The notes: generated by a model from the letters alone, not told the origin. A stretch of 64,000 nucleotides of DNA from Geosiphon pyriformis uo1 (GCA_016748015.1 JAAOMT010000034.1:558001-622000), one strand, 5' to 3'; shown: positions 12,811-26,183, counted from the stretch's first letter. Numbers and translations: made by a program.

Positions 12811-14190
12811 ATGGAAGTCTTCTCTCACGCTATCTGCCCAATTCTTTCATGCTTAATCTTTTTTATTCTAAATTTTGGGTGGAATCAGAATTCAAATAGT
12901 TTAAACAGGAAATCATATCTTACAAACCATTTAAATATTTCAGATCAAATAAAATATTCGACCTTACTCAAAAAATAAGCCGAAAATACATGCGCAGAGA
13001 ATTTCTTTCCTTTATGTTTAAGAAAATTCCCATAGAATCATTAACATTTTATTTATTGGTGACAAAATATGCCCAACAAGTTCATTGTATAAAAAACCAA
13101 CCAATTATTCTTGCACCAGGAATTTATGGTAACCGATTTCATGAAAATCACATATTTTTTATCGGAAAAAAATGATTTAATTAATATTTAAAAAATAGCT
13201 TTGATAAATAGTATCACCGAAAAAGATTATTTACCATTGGGCCCTAAAGAAAGTTCGGGCAAAGCAGTAATTGCAAGATTTGGAACGCCAGAGTTAACAT
13301 ATGATGAACTTGTTAGAATGGGTCCAGAACCAAAGCTGAGACAATTTTCTTATGTCAACAAGAATACTTATATATTGGAATTTAGCGTCTAAAGAGATTT
13401 ATAACCGATTGAAGCAGTTCGTAGATAATATTTTATACGACCATCATGCTTTTATTTTTACTGGACATGGCGGGGGTGCAGGTAAGAGAACCAATAAAAA
13501 AGCCACATTTTCTATGAAATTTATTTAATTTATTTATTCATTCATTCATTCATTCATTCATTCATTCATTCTCTTACATTCTCTTACATTCTCTTACATT
13601 CACTCACAGTATTAGCGACTTTGGTGGCAATTGTTTTTAAACGTCGTTGGCCCAAGCGAGAAATGTTCTTGGTTACATACTGGATCCCCACGCATAGGAA
13701 CTAGTTACTTCAATAGCTGGATTTTATCAACAGTTGAATGTGTTCGCATAACAATTGGCAACGACCATGTTCCTCTGTTCTTTGGACCTAAATATTTGAA
13801 ACATTTTCAATTAGAAATATGGATTCTTAGCAATAACGGTTGTGACTGCTTTGATCCTGAGGGCAAAGAAATACCAGATATTTATATTTGTTCAGATTTT
13901 TTAAATCTTTATGAAAATAAGGTTTTATAGAATTTTAGGTTAATTTCACCTTCTTAACTGACTTTATTCTTTTATATGTTTCTAGGAATGTAATCTACAG
14001 TTCGAGAAACCAAAAGGCGAATTTCCAGAAAATGGGATGGATGTGCACTTGGGACCATATTTTGGTTATTTAATATCTCCTAAAAGGATGCAGGAATTAA
14101 AATTGAAAATTAAAGGAAAATTTATGTTTCTTTTGATACATAATTCTTATTCAAATGATTTTATATTTCTATTTGATTGTTTTTTTTAAA
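12811..14190 (+). pseudogene. Class-3 (fungal triacylglycerol) lipase-like gene, frameshifted, nucleophile Ser replaced by Gly
   Basis: Hydrophobic N-terminus; FTGHGGGA (GHSLGG position); VTY/GSPRIG; RITIGNDHVP; HLGPYFG. Introns at ~13483-13609 and 13922-13985. Frame breaks near 12976, 13170, 13370 and 13681. Confidence 0.75.
13536..13601. repeat. Intronic (ATTC)n followed by (TCTTACATTC)3 tandem repeats
   Basis: Directly visible inside the lipase intron. Confidence 0.9.
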
Positions 14191-15304
14191 AAATAAATTT
14201 CTTTATTTTATTCATTAATCATTTAAATATCAATTATATATATATTTGTTTTCGTATCCTTTTTATCCACACCTTGTTGTTGCTCGTGTAAATATGTTTT
14301 AACTACGTATAATATCATTTGAATTAATTGACCTTTATTATTAAATATTCAACTATTAATTATTTAATTTATATATATTATTTTTTTATTTAATTAGTAT
14401 AATTTACAAATGTAACTAAATATAATAATTAAATTATACATTATTTTAAATTGTATAATAATTAAAAAGTTATCAATATTTGAATAATTTAACTATTTAT
14501 TAAAATATTAAAAATTTGTTAATCAATTTTTTACTTTTTAACTTTTTTTTTTATAGCATTAATAATTGAAATAACTTAAGTTTATATAAAATTTCATCCG
14601 AAATTATTAAAGCAACAGAGTTACCGGCAAAAAATTAACCTCATTGTGTCATTAGGTGATGTACTAATAAAAATTTAAAAGGAAGACTGAAAGAACTTTC
14701 TTTGAGCGAAACCTAGATTTTCATATTCAACCATATTTAAACCAATCTTTAGGCAGCAAAATAGCAAAGGAAAAAGAAGAGAGAAAAATAGTTGGTTAGT
14801 GTTCAATTACTTTCTCAAATAATAATGCGTAAACAAGCTTATCTAGTTAAATAAATTATGGAGCAACTCTTTTCCCAACTTAGCTCTCGACGAGGGTAAT
14901 ATCGCTCTTCTCAAAACATATGTAAGCTTTTGGGTTACTTCCAATAGTTACGCTTACTTAACTCTCTGAGAAATCTTTGTTCCTATTTTTATTTAAAGGA
15001 ATTATTATAAACTATATAGTATAATTAAAAATATGTTTTATTCGAAAAAAAGTATTTAATTTATCAACAATAATTTTATATTAATTGCAATTAATAATAT
15101 CGAAGATTTTTACTTTTAATTATAAGTATTAAAAAGTATCATAATAAGGTAGTTTCTTAAAGTCAAGAATCACCATTATAAATAAAATTCTCTGGAATTT
15201 TATTTTAGTTTAACATTTGTTTCCTTCAAATTATATTATTTGAGCTTACATACGCATTTTATGCTGCAGATATTGATTATAATTCAACTTTAACAAAGTA
15301 TTCT

Positions 15305-18300
15305 TCAACCCCGGAAGAGATACATCAAATCATGAAGACCAAGACGACCAAGAGGTGCAGTACCTCCTTCTCCCAACACATTTGATGCTAATTGTTGCTT
15401 TTTTTCTTGGAGATCGAGAATTCTTTTCTCAATAGTGTCAGGAATAATTACTCGATGTACCTCCACAGGCTTATCTTGACCAATACGATGGACTCTATCG
15501 ATAGCTTGATTTTCTGTGAAAGTTGAATATATTTTCATTCATCAACGTGATAGCAACGCATGAGGATTACCAATATTGCAAATTTGTATTCACTTACCCA
15601 TCGCAGGGTTCCACCAAGGATCCAATATGATAACTCTAAAAAAAGATATACTTATAAAATTTTCAAATTTCCAATAAATTAAATTCTTGCTTGCCTGTTT
15701 GCAGTCGTCAAATTCAATCCTACTCCTCCGCATTTCAGACTGACAAGCATGACGTTTAAATCTGGCTGCTCCTCAAAATCAATAACAGACTCGCTTCGTT
15801 TTTGGGGCTTGATTCGTCCATCATACTATAACAAATATCAATTAAAAACAAGATTGGTGTATTAAAATTTTATACCCAAATTCATATCATATTTTTCAAA
15901 CTCACGTGTACATATTTAAACCCGTTCTGTTGCAATGGCTGCTCCAGCAAATCCAACTACCAGAAAAATTTTTAATTAATAAAATTTTTAATGGTAGTAA
16001 ATGGAGTGAATAAAGAAGCGGCTTACCAATGAAGTGAACTGCAGAATAAAGGGATGAAAAAAAATAACGTCAAGAATGATGAATAAAAACACATTTTTAG
16101 AAAGTTTTAACTTACTTGACTAAATATAATCGTTTTATCCCTTGGAGCCTTACTTCTGAATTCCAGAAGAAGGCTGATAGTTCGATCAATTTTAGAACTT
16201 GTCACCCAAACGTCTTCTTTTTGTGTTGTATTAGGAGTAATTTCATCAGAATTCACACGATCCTCAGCCTTTGTTTTTCCCTTTTCCCCCGTCTCCGATG
16301 ATTCAGGAAGAATCCATCTCTTTTTAAATAATTCGTAAGGGACAATTTCTTTCATATCAAATCTACCACTGGATCATTAATCAAAAATTTAATCAAAGTT
16401 TGGTTAAACTTAAGAATATATGAAAGAAAAGGTAACCTACCGACATCCAGGACATGATTTTATCTCCAGAGCTTTGAAAAGAAAAAATTTATTAGAGATT
16501 TTCTTCATAAATTAATAAACTAAGGATTGTCACTTACCCTCCAGACATTCACGGCAATATGAGTGGCCGCACTGCATAAGTATAGAAAGGTCAGAAGCCA
16601 TATCAAAACAAAGATCACACTCCTTATGTTCAAGGTCTTGTTCTTTCAAGCTGTTTATAATATCTTCAGGGATTTTTTCTAGAAATATTGCAATATCTTC
16701 CTGGGATCCGGGGCTTTTTTGTGAGCTAGATTTTCCCTCAATGACATCCATGTTTCGATTAGTAGTAAGATAGGGATGACAACAGGCTTGTCGGAGTCTT
16801 AATAAAAGTAGAAGGATCTGTTGATAAAATTAAGTATAAAAACATTCAACTTCTCAGCAAAAATTTCGTTATATCGATAGAGATCTAAGATAAATGGGAA
16901 ATTACTGACATTGGAGTAATTCTTCATGACAGATCCTTCGCACATATATCGGTTAAATGCCAGCCTACTTCTGTTCTCTAGAGAAGTGTAAAATTCTCGC
17001 TCTTCCTCTGAAAATTCAGTATTGGCAATGTTCACTTCACGAGTTGGAAGGTCAATGATTGGCTTGCCACTTATAGTCGCTGTTTTGGTACGCCTTAAAA
17101 GGATTGCTAAAAATCAAGCCGGTTAGCCTTCACTTATAATTTAACGATTAAGCAAATTAAATATATGGTACAAGGAATGAAATAGAATTTCCTACATTTT
17201 AAGACCACCTGCAAGCGCTTCATTACCATCTCAGTTCCAAAATGCCCTCTTGACAATGGCTTGACAAAGCTCATTTTAAATTCAGTCCAGTCGCAGTAAG
17301 GCTATTGAAACAAATAAGATTCAATTTGTTAACCTGTAGCAAGGAAAGTTCAAAGTTAACTGAGGATATCAAGTCTCGAGTTACTTGCCTCAATGCGTAG
17401 AAACTTGATTAGCGAATACAATTCCTCAATACTATTTTGGATAGGTGTACTGGAATCAAAGTTTATTCTTTAAATTCTTTGAGATTAGAATCAATCTAGC
17501 CAGAAGTGCTTGTTTCTTACCCCGTCAAGCACCATCTATATATGGTGTCAAGATCACAACAACCCTTCGCTGCCTTAGTTCGTTGATTTTTAATTGTTTG
17601 AGCCTCGTCAAGAATAACCCTAATCATCAGAAAAAATGAGAATTAAAAAAAAATAATGCGTAAATATGACACAGAGCAATATACCTATGCCATAAAGCCT
17701 TTGAAACTGGCTTTTTCGTTAAATCATATTCAGCTGCGATAATTGTGTAGCTGGTAATTACCACTAAGATTAACGTGGAAATTTTTAGATCTATGGTAGC
17801 AGGATTTTTATTTTGAAAAAGTCAAGTTTGACAATACCGTCATATTTCTGGAACTGACGGGAAGTCTTAATTTTATTTTTTCCATGATGTACGAATATAC
17901 TCAAGCCCTCAGTTTTATTCTCAAATTCATCTGACCATTGACTGAGGAGGGAAACAGGGGCCACAACCAGTGTTGGGCGTCGTTCTGTGTTTGTAGAAGG
18001 TCGAGCCAAAATCAAAGCAATAGATTGAACAGTTTTTCCCAATCCCTAATTATCATAATAATGTTAAAAATATAGGAAACCACATATTGTAATCTGAATT
18101 CACTTTGGATCTGCTGCATGATACTAACCATATCGTCAGCTAATATTCCTCCGTGATTGAAGCTTTCTTCCTTTTTCTTTAACCAAGAAAGGCCTTTGAT
18201 AAAATTTAAAATATTAGATATTTCAAAAAGGTGAAATGAAGAGCATGCCTTGTAAGTAGGGGAAGAATAATAAAGAGGCTCACCAATCACTTGATGCTCC

Positions 18301-18446
18301 ATTAAAGTAGGAATAAGGTTTTCAGGAGTACCAATGCAATCTTGAGGCTCAATTATTTCCTCTGTATTGAGTTCTTTTAACAGGGCGCGTAACCGCTCTT
18401 CTTGAGATTTTTTGTTCATTGATGACATTGTTGATGATGAATACAT
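15305..18446 (-). CDS. SNF2-family ATPase, RAD5/RAD16-like (Uls1/Ris1, Rrp1/Rrp2-type) with inserted RING finger; multi-exon
   Basis: Spliced motifs [101 protein letters not shown]. Stop at 15305. Start ATG uncertain. Confidence 0.93.
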
Positions 18447-18779
18447 GTTTACAGTATGAATACTGGAGAACCTTTTTTGTACGGAAATACCGCTACCGAA
18501 ACCACTATATTTACATTCAAATTCACATTAGAATTTTCGTGTAGCAATGCTACTTTCAACACTATTGTTAACAATTGAGTTATTAACGCAGAATAGCCAG
18601 GTTTGAGTGTTGGAATTCGATAGTTTAGTTAATAATTCGAGGTTTGAAAATGGGTGAATTTGTCAAGAACGTTGAGTCTGGACAACTTGCAGAGAGTTTT
18701 GTCAAAAGAAATTTACCGTCCAATGTAAACAAAACAGTTGGTGAAAATTTACCTTTAAATATGTAAAATGGTAGCACAA

Positions 18780-19006
18780 TCGCGAGTGACACGAAAAAAA
18801 GTTAGACGCGTAATAATTATCAATCATCTTGATTTTATTATGTAGCCTGATGGAAGTGACGTCAATTAAATTTTTAAAAATTATAATTCTAACAATTTTT
18901 CGTTTCTTAATTGTTTATTATTAATTAATTATTGTATAAATTATATAAAAACATTTGTTCAAAAAAAATTAAATGCAGTCTTGACAGGTCCGGGTGACAA
19001 CACGTG
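18780..19006 (-). promoter_or_regulatory. Putative promoter of the SNF2 gene with clustered CG-containing motifs (SCB, MCB, CRE, E-box)
   Basis: TCGCGA at 18780, CACGAAA 18790-18796, ACGCGT 18806-18811, TGACGTCA 18857-18864 and CACGTG 19001-19006, bordering CpG-free TE DNA. Confidence 0.45.
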
Positions 19007-19564
19007 AGTTATAGAAATAACTAAATTCTTTATTTAAATTAAACAATAAAAAATTAATAAGATGTCTCATAATAGACACAGCTTATGGTTTATCTGCACA
19101 TAACCAACTACCCAAAATCTTTAACTTATTAAATTTTAATATATATTTTTTTTTAAAAAACTTTTTTCTTATAAAAAGAAAACAACTTTTATTTTCTAAT
19201 AGTAATAATATTCAAAAAGTTTTTTCAATTATAGAAACAACCAAAAAATATTTGTAAAATGCTTTTATTAAGTAATAAAAAAACAAAATTATAAGTTTTT
19301 TCTTTTTTAAAGTTATTTCAAAACAGTTTAATAAAAATAAAAGCTTAAAAGCTTTTAACCAAAATAATAAAAACTGTTTTTTTTCTTAAAAATATTAAAA
19401 TCAACTCTTTAAAATACCAAAAAAATGAGTATTTTTTGGATTACTATTATTATTTTGAAGTCTGTTTTTTTTGGAAAATAAATATTAGTTTTTTTGTTTT
19501 TTAATATTTTTACCAATTTTGTATTGTTAATATTAATTATATTACCCAATTTTATTTTAAGAAT

Positions 19565-22500
19565 ATTTAATAGCATATGCCAGCAGAAGTTTAAGTTCAG
19601 CTGAAAAAAACTATGGAATGTTAGCATTGAAATACTTAGTTATCTATTGGGCTGTTATTAAATAAAAGGAATACTTGAATCAAAAGTTTGATGTATACAT
19701 TAATTATAAAAAATTAACATCAATTCAAAAACAAAAATTTGGAAACAATTATCATACAAAATAGAAAATAAAACTATTACCATTTAATTATATAGTATAT
19801 TATAAAAAGAGAAAAAAAAACAGAAATGTCAACAGTTTGTCATAAATAAAACAAATTTAAAAACATTTTAACCCAAAAATATAACAAAAGATAAACACAC
19901 AAAAATATTAACAACTTCAACATTTTATTAATACTCAACAGTTTAAAAAAAAATTATCTCAAAAGAAACAAAACAACATAAAACAACAAGCAAAATATTT
20001 TATTACTTACCAAAATATATTATATTAAAAAAACAGAAAGTATTTAGATCAGCCATTTAGAATAATTATGAAAACAGAAAAAAAAACAATACTGTTTAAC
20101 ATATATTTAAATCTAACAGCAGAATATTTTCATAAAAAACAACCATGAAAAAAACCAGAAAAAAATACTATTGGTTATTTATGTATTCAAACATTATTCA
20201 ATATATTCAAAATTGTAATGCTTATTAAAGAAAAGAAGAAACAAGACCCAATAAATCATTAAAACCAATTAAAGTGGGATAACTATTTGATCAAATTAGA
20301 ATTAACTTAATTAAATTATTAACAATAATTAGCAGAAGCAATCATTATATAGCAGTAACTATGAACTATTTTACAAAATAGCCAAAAGCAAAAGCAATCC
20401 AAAGAGCAAATGTAAAATTCATAGCTGAATTTATTTACCAAGATTTGATTTGTTAACATAGATGTTCAAAAAAATTATTATCAAATCAAAAAACTCACTT
20501 TGTGAACAGAATATTAACAGAATTAAGTCAAAGATTTGGAATCAAAAGACCATTATTATTATCATATCATTAACAAACAAATGGCTTAGTTAAAAAGTTC
20601 AACAAAATATTGTATAAAACAATAGCCAAGATTAGTAAAGAAAACAAGAACAAATGGAATTTGTTTATATTATTAGTATTATTTGCTTATCAGACAATAA
20701 AGCAAGATATTATACAAACAACATTATTTGAACTTGTTTATAATAGAACAACAACACTATCAGTTGAGATAGATATTTACATATATTTAACAAAACCAAT
20801 AACAAAAGCTAATTTTTAAAGAATACTGTTAAAAAAAACATATGAATTAATAAAAACTTTAAAAAACAAAAAGAGAACAATAGCTAATAACATACAAAAA
20901 TTACAAAAAGAATGACATAATAACCAATTATCAGATAAACCAGTTAAATTCAGGATTGAAAACAAAGTACTCTTATATTATATCAAAATAAAAAAACAAT
21001 GGAATAAAAAATTTGACCCCAAATTGAACAAACTATTTCAAATTGAAACAACAAAATCTTAGCTAAAGCAGCACATAAAGATCAACTGAAATTATATTAC
21101 AATATAGCATTATTATCTATTAGTAATATTTCACAACTGGAAGTACAATGAATACTAATCCAACCAGATGAGATTCTACAAGATTTAGAACCAATCATAA
21201 TTATTAACACAAACATGTTAAATTGATATAGCAAAAAATATATAAAGAACCAATATACATAATAAAAATAAAAACAGAAAATTGAAATTACCAACAATAT
21301 TCACTTACTTATACAACAACTGTTTCAATTAATCTAAAACCAACAACAGAACATGGAAATTACAATCAATTGACAAACCATTCAGTACAAAGATAGAGAA
21401 AAGAAGCCAAAACACCAACATAAAGTATACTAAAAATTGAAAAACATAATAGATAATATACTAATAAAAGTAAGATTATCAGTAAAAACACCAAGAACAA
21501 TAACACCATATAAAAAATTAACAAAAAATAACTAGAAAAAATAGACACAATGATTTCCAAGAAACTTTTGCTATTATTATTTGGAACAAAATTTTAATAT
21601 TCAGAATTTGTATAAAAATAAAACAAAATAATTGTTTAATATAACAATATTATATTAATTCGAATAATTTGTAAGAAAAAACAACTTATTTACATAAACA
21701 TGAATCATATACTGATTACAAACAAAATTTCAAGACCAACCAAAAATACTTCTGCATTTAATAATAGATACAATAACCATTAATCAATTGGAAAAGATTA
21801 CCAATGCCTAATTTAAAGAATTACAAATCAAAATTTCTCAAGTAATTTTCAAAAAAAAGTTAAAGAGTTAATCCAAGAAAAAGAGTTAAAAAATTTAAGA
21901 GATTTTAACAGAGCTCAATATTAAAAAGAGAGAATAATATTATTTATAGAAATTTAGAAATTTTTAATAAGAAGATTAAGTAGCCAATTAAAACTAGACA
22001 TATTAAAAGAAAAATTTCAAAATTTCTCTTAAGAAATTACAAGATTTTTTTCAAAAAATTACAAGATTCCAAAAATTTCAGAATTTCTGATTAAAAAAAT
22101 TAAAGAAATTTATGGAATCTTATATAATAATAATTATATATATATAGTAAGAATGTTAAAAGCAGAAAAAAGAGAATCCAGTTTAAAATCAATTAATTAT
22201 TCAATATTTTTTCCTTCAAAAAATAGTTTTTTATAACTTGAAGTGAAATTATATTACATATTAATAAAATATCAATTATTATCTGAATTCATATTATTGT
22301 TGTTTAATTAAAAAATACTAATTGCCTTATACTATTAATATAGAGTATTGATAGAATTCAATATTTAACTATACTAAACCAATAGTTCTTGATTACAGCT
22401 ATTAAAAAGATACTAATTTTTTTTTAATTTTGTTTGTTATTTTTACAAACAAATTAAAAAAATTAAGTGCTAAGTATTTTGATGTCAAAAATAGTTTGGT

Positions 22501-22777
22501 AAAAGACTTAGAAATAAGAGTAAAAATTTAAAGATAGCTTACCAGAAAGGCATAACTATCAAAATAAACTGACTATTATGCTAAAAATAGAAATTCATAG
22601 AATAAACTTTTAAGAAAGTACTAAAACAACCATTAAATTTTTGTCTATTATACAAAGGGTTCAACCAAAATCTTTAAATTATGAAAATCTTCAGATATTA
22701 TCAATCTAATTAAGCTATTGAGCACCAAATTACAGGTTTGTTATTTGTACCAATACCCTAAATAATTACCTGTAACA
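19565..22777 (+). mobile_element. Ty3/Gypsy family C-related, 3' half (RNase H end, integrase, accessory ORF, PPT, 3' LTR), heavily mutated
   Basis: IAYASRSLSSAEKNY at ~19570. Integrase core: FDQIRINLI (FDRIGID), YH*QTNGLVKKFN, LFAYQT. PPT aaaaagagagaa at ~21923; LTR ends TGTAACA at 22777. Confidence 0.88.
21938..22777 (+). repeat. 3' LTR, family C
   Basis: tatta...tgtaaca termini; homologous to 4951-6483. Confidence 0.85.
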
Positions 22778-22953
22778 GTATATTCAAGAAGTTCAAAATG
22801 TTAAAACAAGGTACAAATTACAGAGTTAAGTTTCCTAATTTTTAATTTATACAAAGTTTATAATAAGAAAATTTCAAATAAATATATTCGGTTTAAGTTT
22901 TTAACAAATATTTTGGAAATATTATTCTTTATTTTATCTAAGATTGTCTGTAC

Positions 22954-23648
22954 TGTTATGGTTGAAACCCATACTTTTTATTAATTATCACATATATTAG
23001 TTACTGATATCACATAATTAGCCACCTTATTTTTAGATAGTGATTATTGATCTGATCAATAACCTGACTATTGATCTAATTATTAACCTGATTATTGACC
23101 TAATTAATAATCTGATTGTTGATCTAGTTATTGATTTAATCATTGACCACTTTTGATAGCTATATAAGTAATGACTCTCTTAACTGTAGAAATACATATC
23201 AAAAATCAAAAAAATAAAATAACAACTTTTATCTCAATTTTTTTTTATTGCTAATTTTTCTTTTCTTACTTTCAAGTATCTAAACATTTTGGAATCCTAT
23301 CTTTTTTCTGAAATGTATAATTGTAGCATTTAAAGATTATTAAATAAAATATGACTGAAGAGTATATTTGATATTTGATATTGAATTCTAAAAGCACCAA
23401 TATAAGGCATAGAATTATATTAATGTGTGATTATTTGTTAACAATATGGACTATCTTTTTACCTTCAGATTCTCTAGTTATTTTTTGAAAAGTATACTAA
23501 CTAAAATATTTTATAAGACTGATTTTGTACTTTGAATTTATACTTATTTAATTTGCTTTTTAAAGTTGAATTTCTTTTGATTCCTTTCATTACCCTATAA
23601 TCCTGTTTTCTTTTGCTATTCATTAACTTGTTATTCTAATTCATAACA
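22954..23648 (+). mobile_element. Solo LTR, family B-related, TSD GTAC/ATAC, inserted in a hAT transposase exon
   Basis: TGTTATGG...CATAACA termini; 4-bp flanks differ by one G>A; homologous to 5256-6005 and 36903-37566. Confidence 0.9.
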
Positions 23649-23899
23649 ATACTATTAAGTTTAAAATATAATCAAAGCATTAAAATTGAAGATCTTTCAA
23701 GTTTCATTGAATTTTTTCTTTTCTAATTTTTTTACCAATTCTTTTATAAAAATATTATTATTTGTAATATTATTAAGAATAATAACAAAAAGTTGTTAAA
23801 AAAAATTAGGTTATAACTAATAAAATTAATAATAAACTTGTATAAAAAAAAAATAAATGTAATTTTTTCTTAAACTTTTTTCTTAATCTTTTTGACTAA

Positions 23900-24235
23900 A
23901 AATTTGGTTCAAGGCAATAATAAAAACTACTTAAATTAACATTAAAAAAATGTGGTTTTTAATAATATAAGCACTATAGTAACTCTGAGTTTTAGACAAT
24001 ATTAATGCTGAAAATTCAGCTTTAAGATAATAATAAAAACTAACTTAAGCCAATATTGAGAAAATGTAATTTTCAATAATATAGATATTGTGATAATTTT
24101 AAGTCTTAAATAATACTAATGCTAAAAATTCAGCTTTGAAACAATAATAAAAACCAACTTAAGCCAATATTAAAAAAATGTGATTTTTGATGATATAAAT
24201 ACTGTGGTAATTTTGAGTTTTAAATAATACTAATA
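23900..24235. repeat. ~3 copies of a 114-bp tandem repeat (apparently within a hAT intron)
   Basis: aaaatgt anchors at ~23947, 24061 and 24175; the copies differ mostly by transitions. Confidence 0.85.
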
Positions 24236-25199
24236 TGCTGTATAATATACTAATCTTATTATTGGTTATTAATTAATCCAAAGTTATATAAGAATATATG
24301 TATGTACCTTTAATATAATTTTATAATCTTTTAATACTTTAAAAAATTCATTTGGAATATTTATTCTATTATGTTGTCTACTTATTAATCCAAAATTAAT
24401 TATTGTTTATTGAAAATTCCAATTGTCATTGATATAATAAACAATAATAAAGACAAAAACTTTAATATTGAAAAATGTTCAAAAATTTGATGTAAAAGAA
24501 ACTTTAGACTTAATAGTACTTAAGTATATTTATTATGTTATAAATATAAAAAAAAAAAAAGATATTTCATAATAAAAGTAGTGCTTGCTCTTAATTTTTG
24601 TTTACCCAAAACATAAAGTTCTATAACTTTTTTTTTAATTGTATTAACACAAACAGATTGAAAAGTAGAATTTAAATATTAGAATATTTTAATTAATTCA
24701 AAGTCTTTTACTATAAAAAGTAGTTATTGGCAATTGATAAGCCAAATAGTAATTATGTCACAAAGTTTTTTATTATCAATATCAATAGCAGTTACTACAA
24801 AAGACTAAAGCAGTTTTCTAGTTAAATTGGCCAAAAATCATAAAAAAAATAACAATCTTACTTATTAAAACATTTTTTTAGTTAATTCACAATTTTTCTG
24901 AATATTTTGTCTTTTTTTATAATATTTTTCTATTGTAATATATATTGTTTAGTAGAAAGTTTCTAAATAACACTATAAAAATTTGGTAGTATTTATAGTT
25001 TCACAAAAAAATAGTTTATGTACATATTTTGAGACCATATATTTAGTTAATTCTTTTTTTTTATTTACTCAAACTTATTAAAATAGTTTTATACTTTACT
25101 CTAAAAACTATGTTTGCCAAATATATTAATATTTAAACTATTTGAGTTATGAAATTTTATTATTTCAGATTTTGAATCTTCAGTAATATTAAATAATGT

Positions 25200-26183
25200 T
25201 GTTACCAGACAAAATTAAAGATATTGTTTAACATGAAATTACTCTTATAAATCATATTATTAATTAGCATATATTATCGTTTCAAATTATCACTTATTAC
25301 ATTAGCAAAATGTCCGAAATTATCATTTAATTAATAACCCAATTTGTACATAACACAAATGTAACCTAAGTGCAATGATCAATCATGCAATATCCCGAAA
25401 TATATAACATTCAAAAGTTCGCTGAAATTTGTAGAAATTTGCCAAAATAATTGATAGTTCACCAAAATATCTAATAGTTCGCAGAAATAACTTGTAATTC
25501 ACCAAAATGTATCTTTAGTTCAGTGAAATTGTAGAAAAGAGCAAAGTTCAAGTTCATAGAATAGTGTTATGACAAGTTGTATAAAAAAAAAGCTTCTCTC
25601 TTCGAGAAAATGTATCTTACTTTAGATTTATCACTTAGAACCATTCCTACATACACAAAAAGAAAAAAATACCAAATAAATTTGGAAAAAACCAAATTCT
25701 TTAATTATTGCACTTGGAAAATCCCCAAAACCCAACTAACGTTTTGAAATTGATTAGCTACCAATTTCAGTAAACTGTTAGTGACTCCAGGCCTGGATAA
25801 AAAACATTTCTCTTGACAGAATTCTATTTTTTTTACATTTTTTTTATTTTCTTTCTTTTATTTTCTTATTATAATCATTAGAGTAGCCTACAGACAAGGT
25901 TCCTGTAGAAGAGTTGACTTTTACAGCAAAGTAACTACACATCTTAGTGAGCTTCCAGATGAGCAATTCTTGGAAAAGAGTTGACATTTACTACAATGTA
26001 ACTACACAAAGCAACTGGTATGGAGTTGGCCATTCTACTTATAAGCCCAGCAGTTTAAATTATAGGAGATAATTTGAAGATAAATTCAGTTATCAGAGGT
26101 TCAAACACTTCTCATAGTTGTGAATTAACAGCATTACAATAAACATACAAGAGCTAAGAAGAGACCAAAAACCTCCAGTAACA
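25200..26183 (+). repeat. 5' LTR of element A
   Basis: Direct repeat of 35074-36058; TATA-like gtataaaa at ~25579. Confidence 0.97.

Noticed and set aside
14590-15000. Moderately GC-rich intergenic patch as an ncRNA or small gene
   Set aside because: No ORF, splice pattern, tRNA fold or recognisable box motifs were found.
19030-19560. Possible RT or hAT C-terminal remnant (minus-strand KILGSWLCADK)
   Set aside because: Only one weak motif, with spacing inconsistent with RT; left unassigned.
4951-22777. Family-C 5' half (4951-10000) and 3' half (19565-22777) as one element that captured the lipase and SNF2 genes
   Set aside because: Flanks differ (CTAT vs GTAT, a transversion) and the two LTRs differ by substantial indels in U3, so they are more likely independent truncated copies.
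25418-25530. CRISPR-like repeat-spacer pattern (also 23900-24235, 33271-33460, 5780-5915)
   Set aside because: Units and spacers have the wrong sizes, they lie inside LTRs or an intron of a eukaryotic genome, and no cas genes are present.
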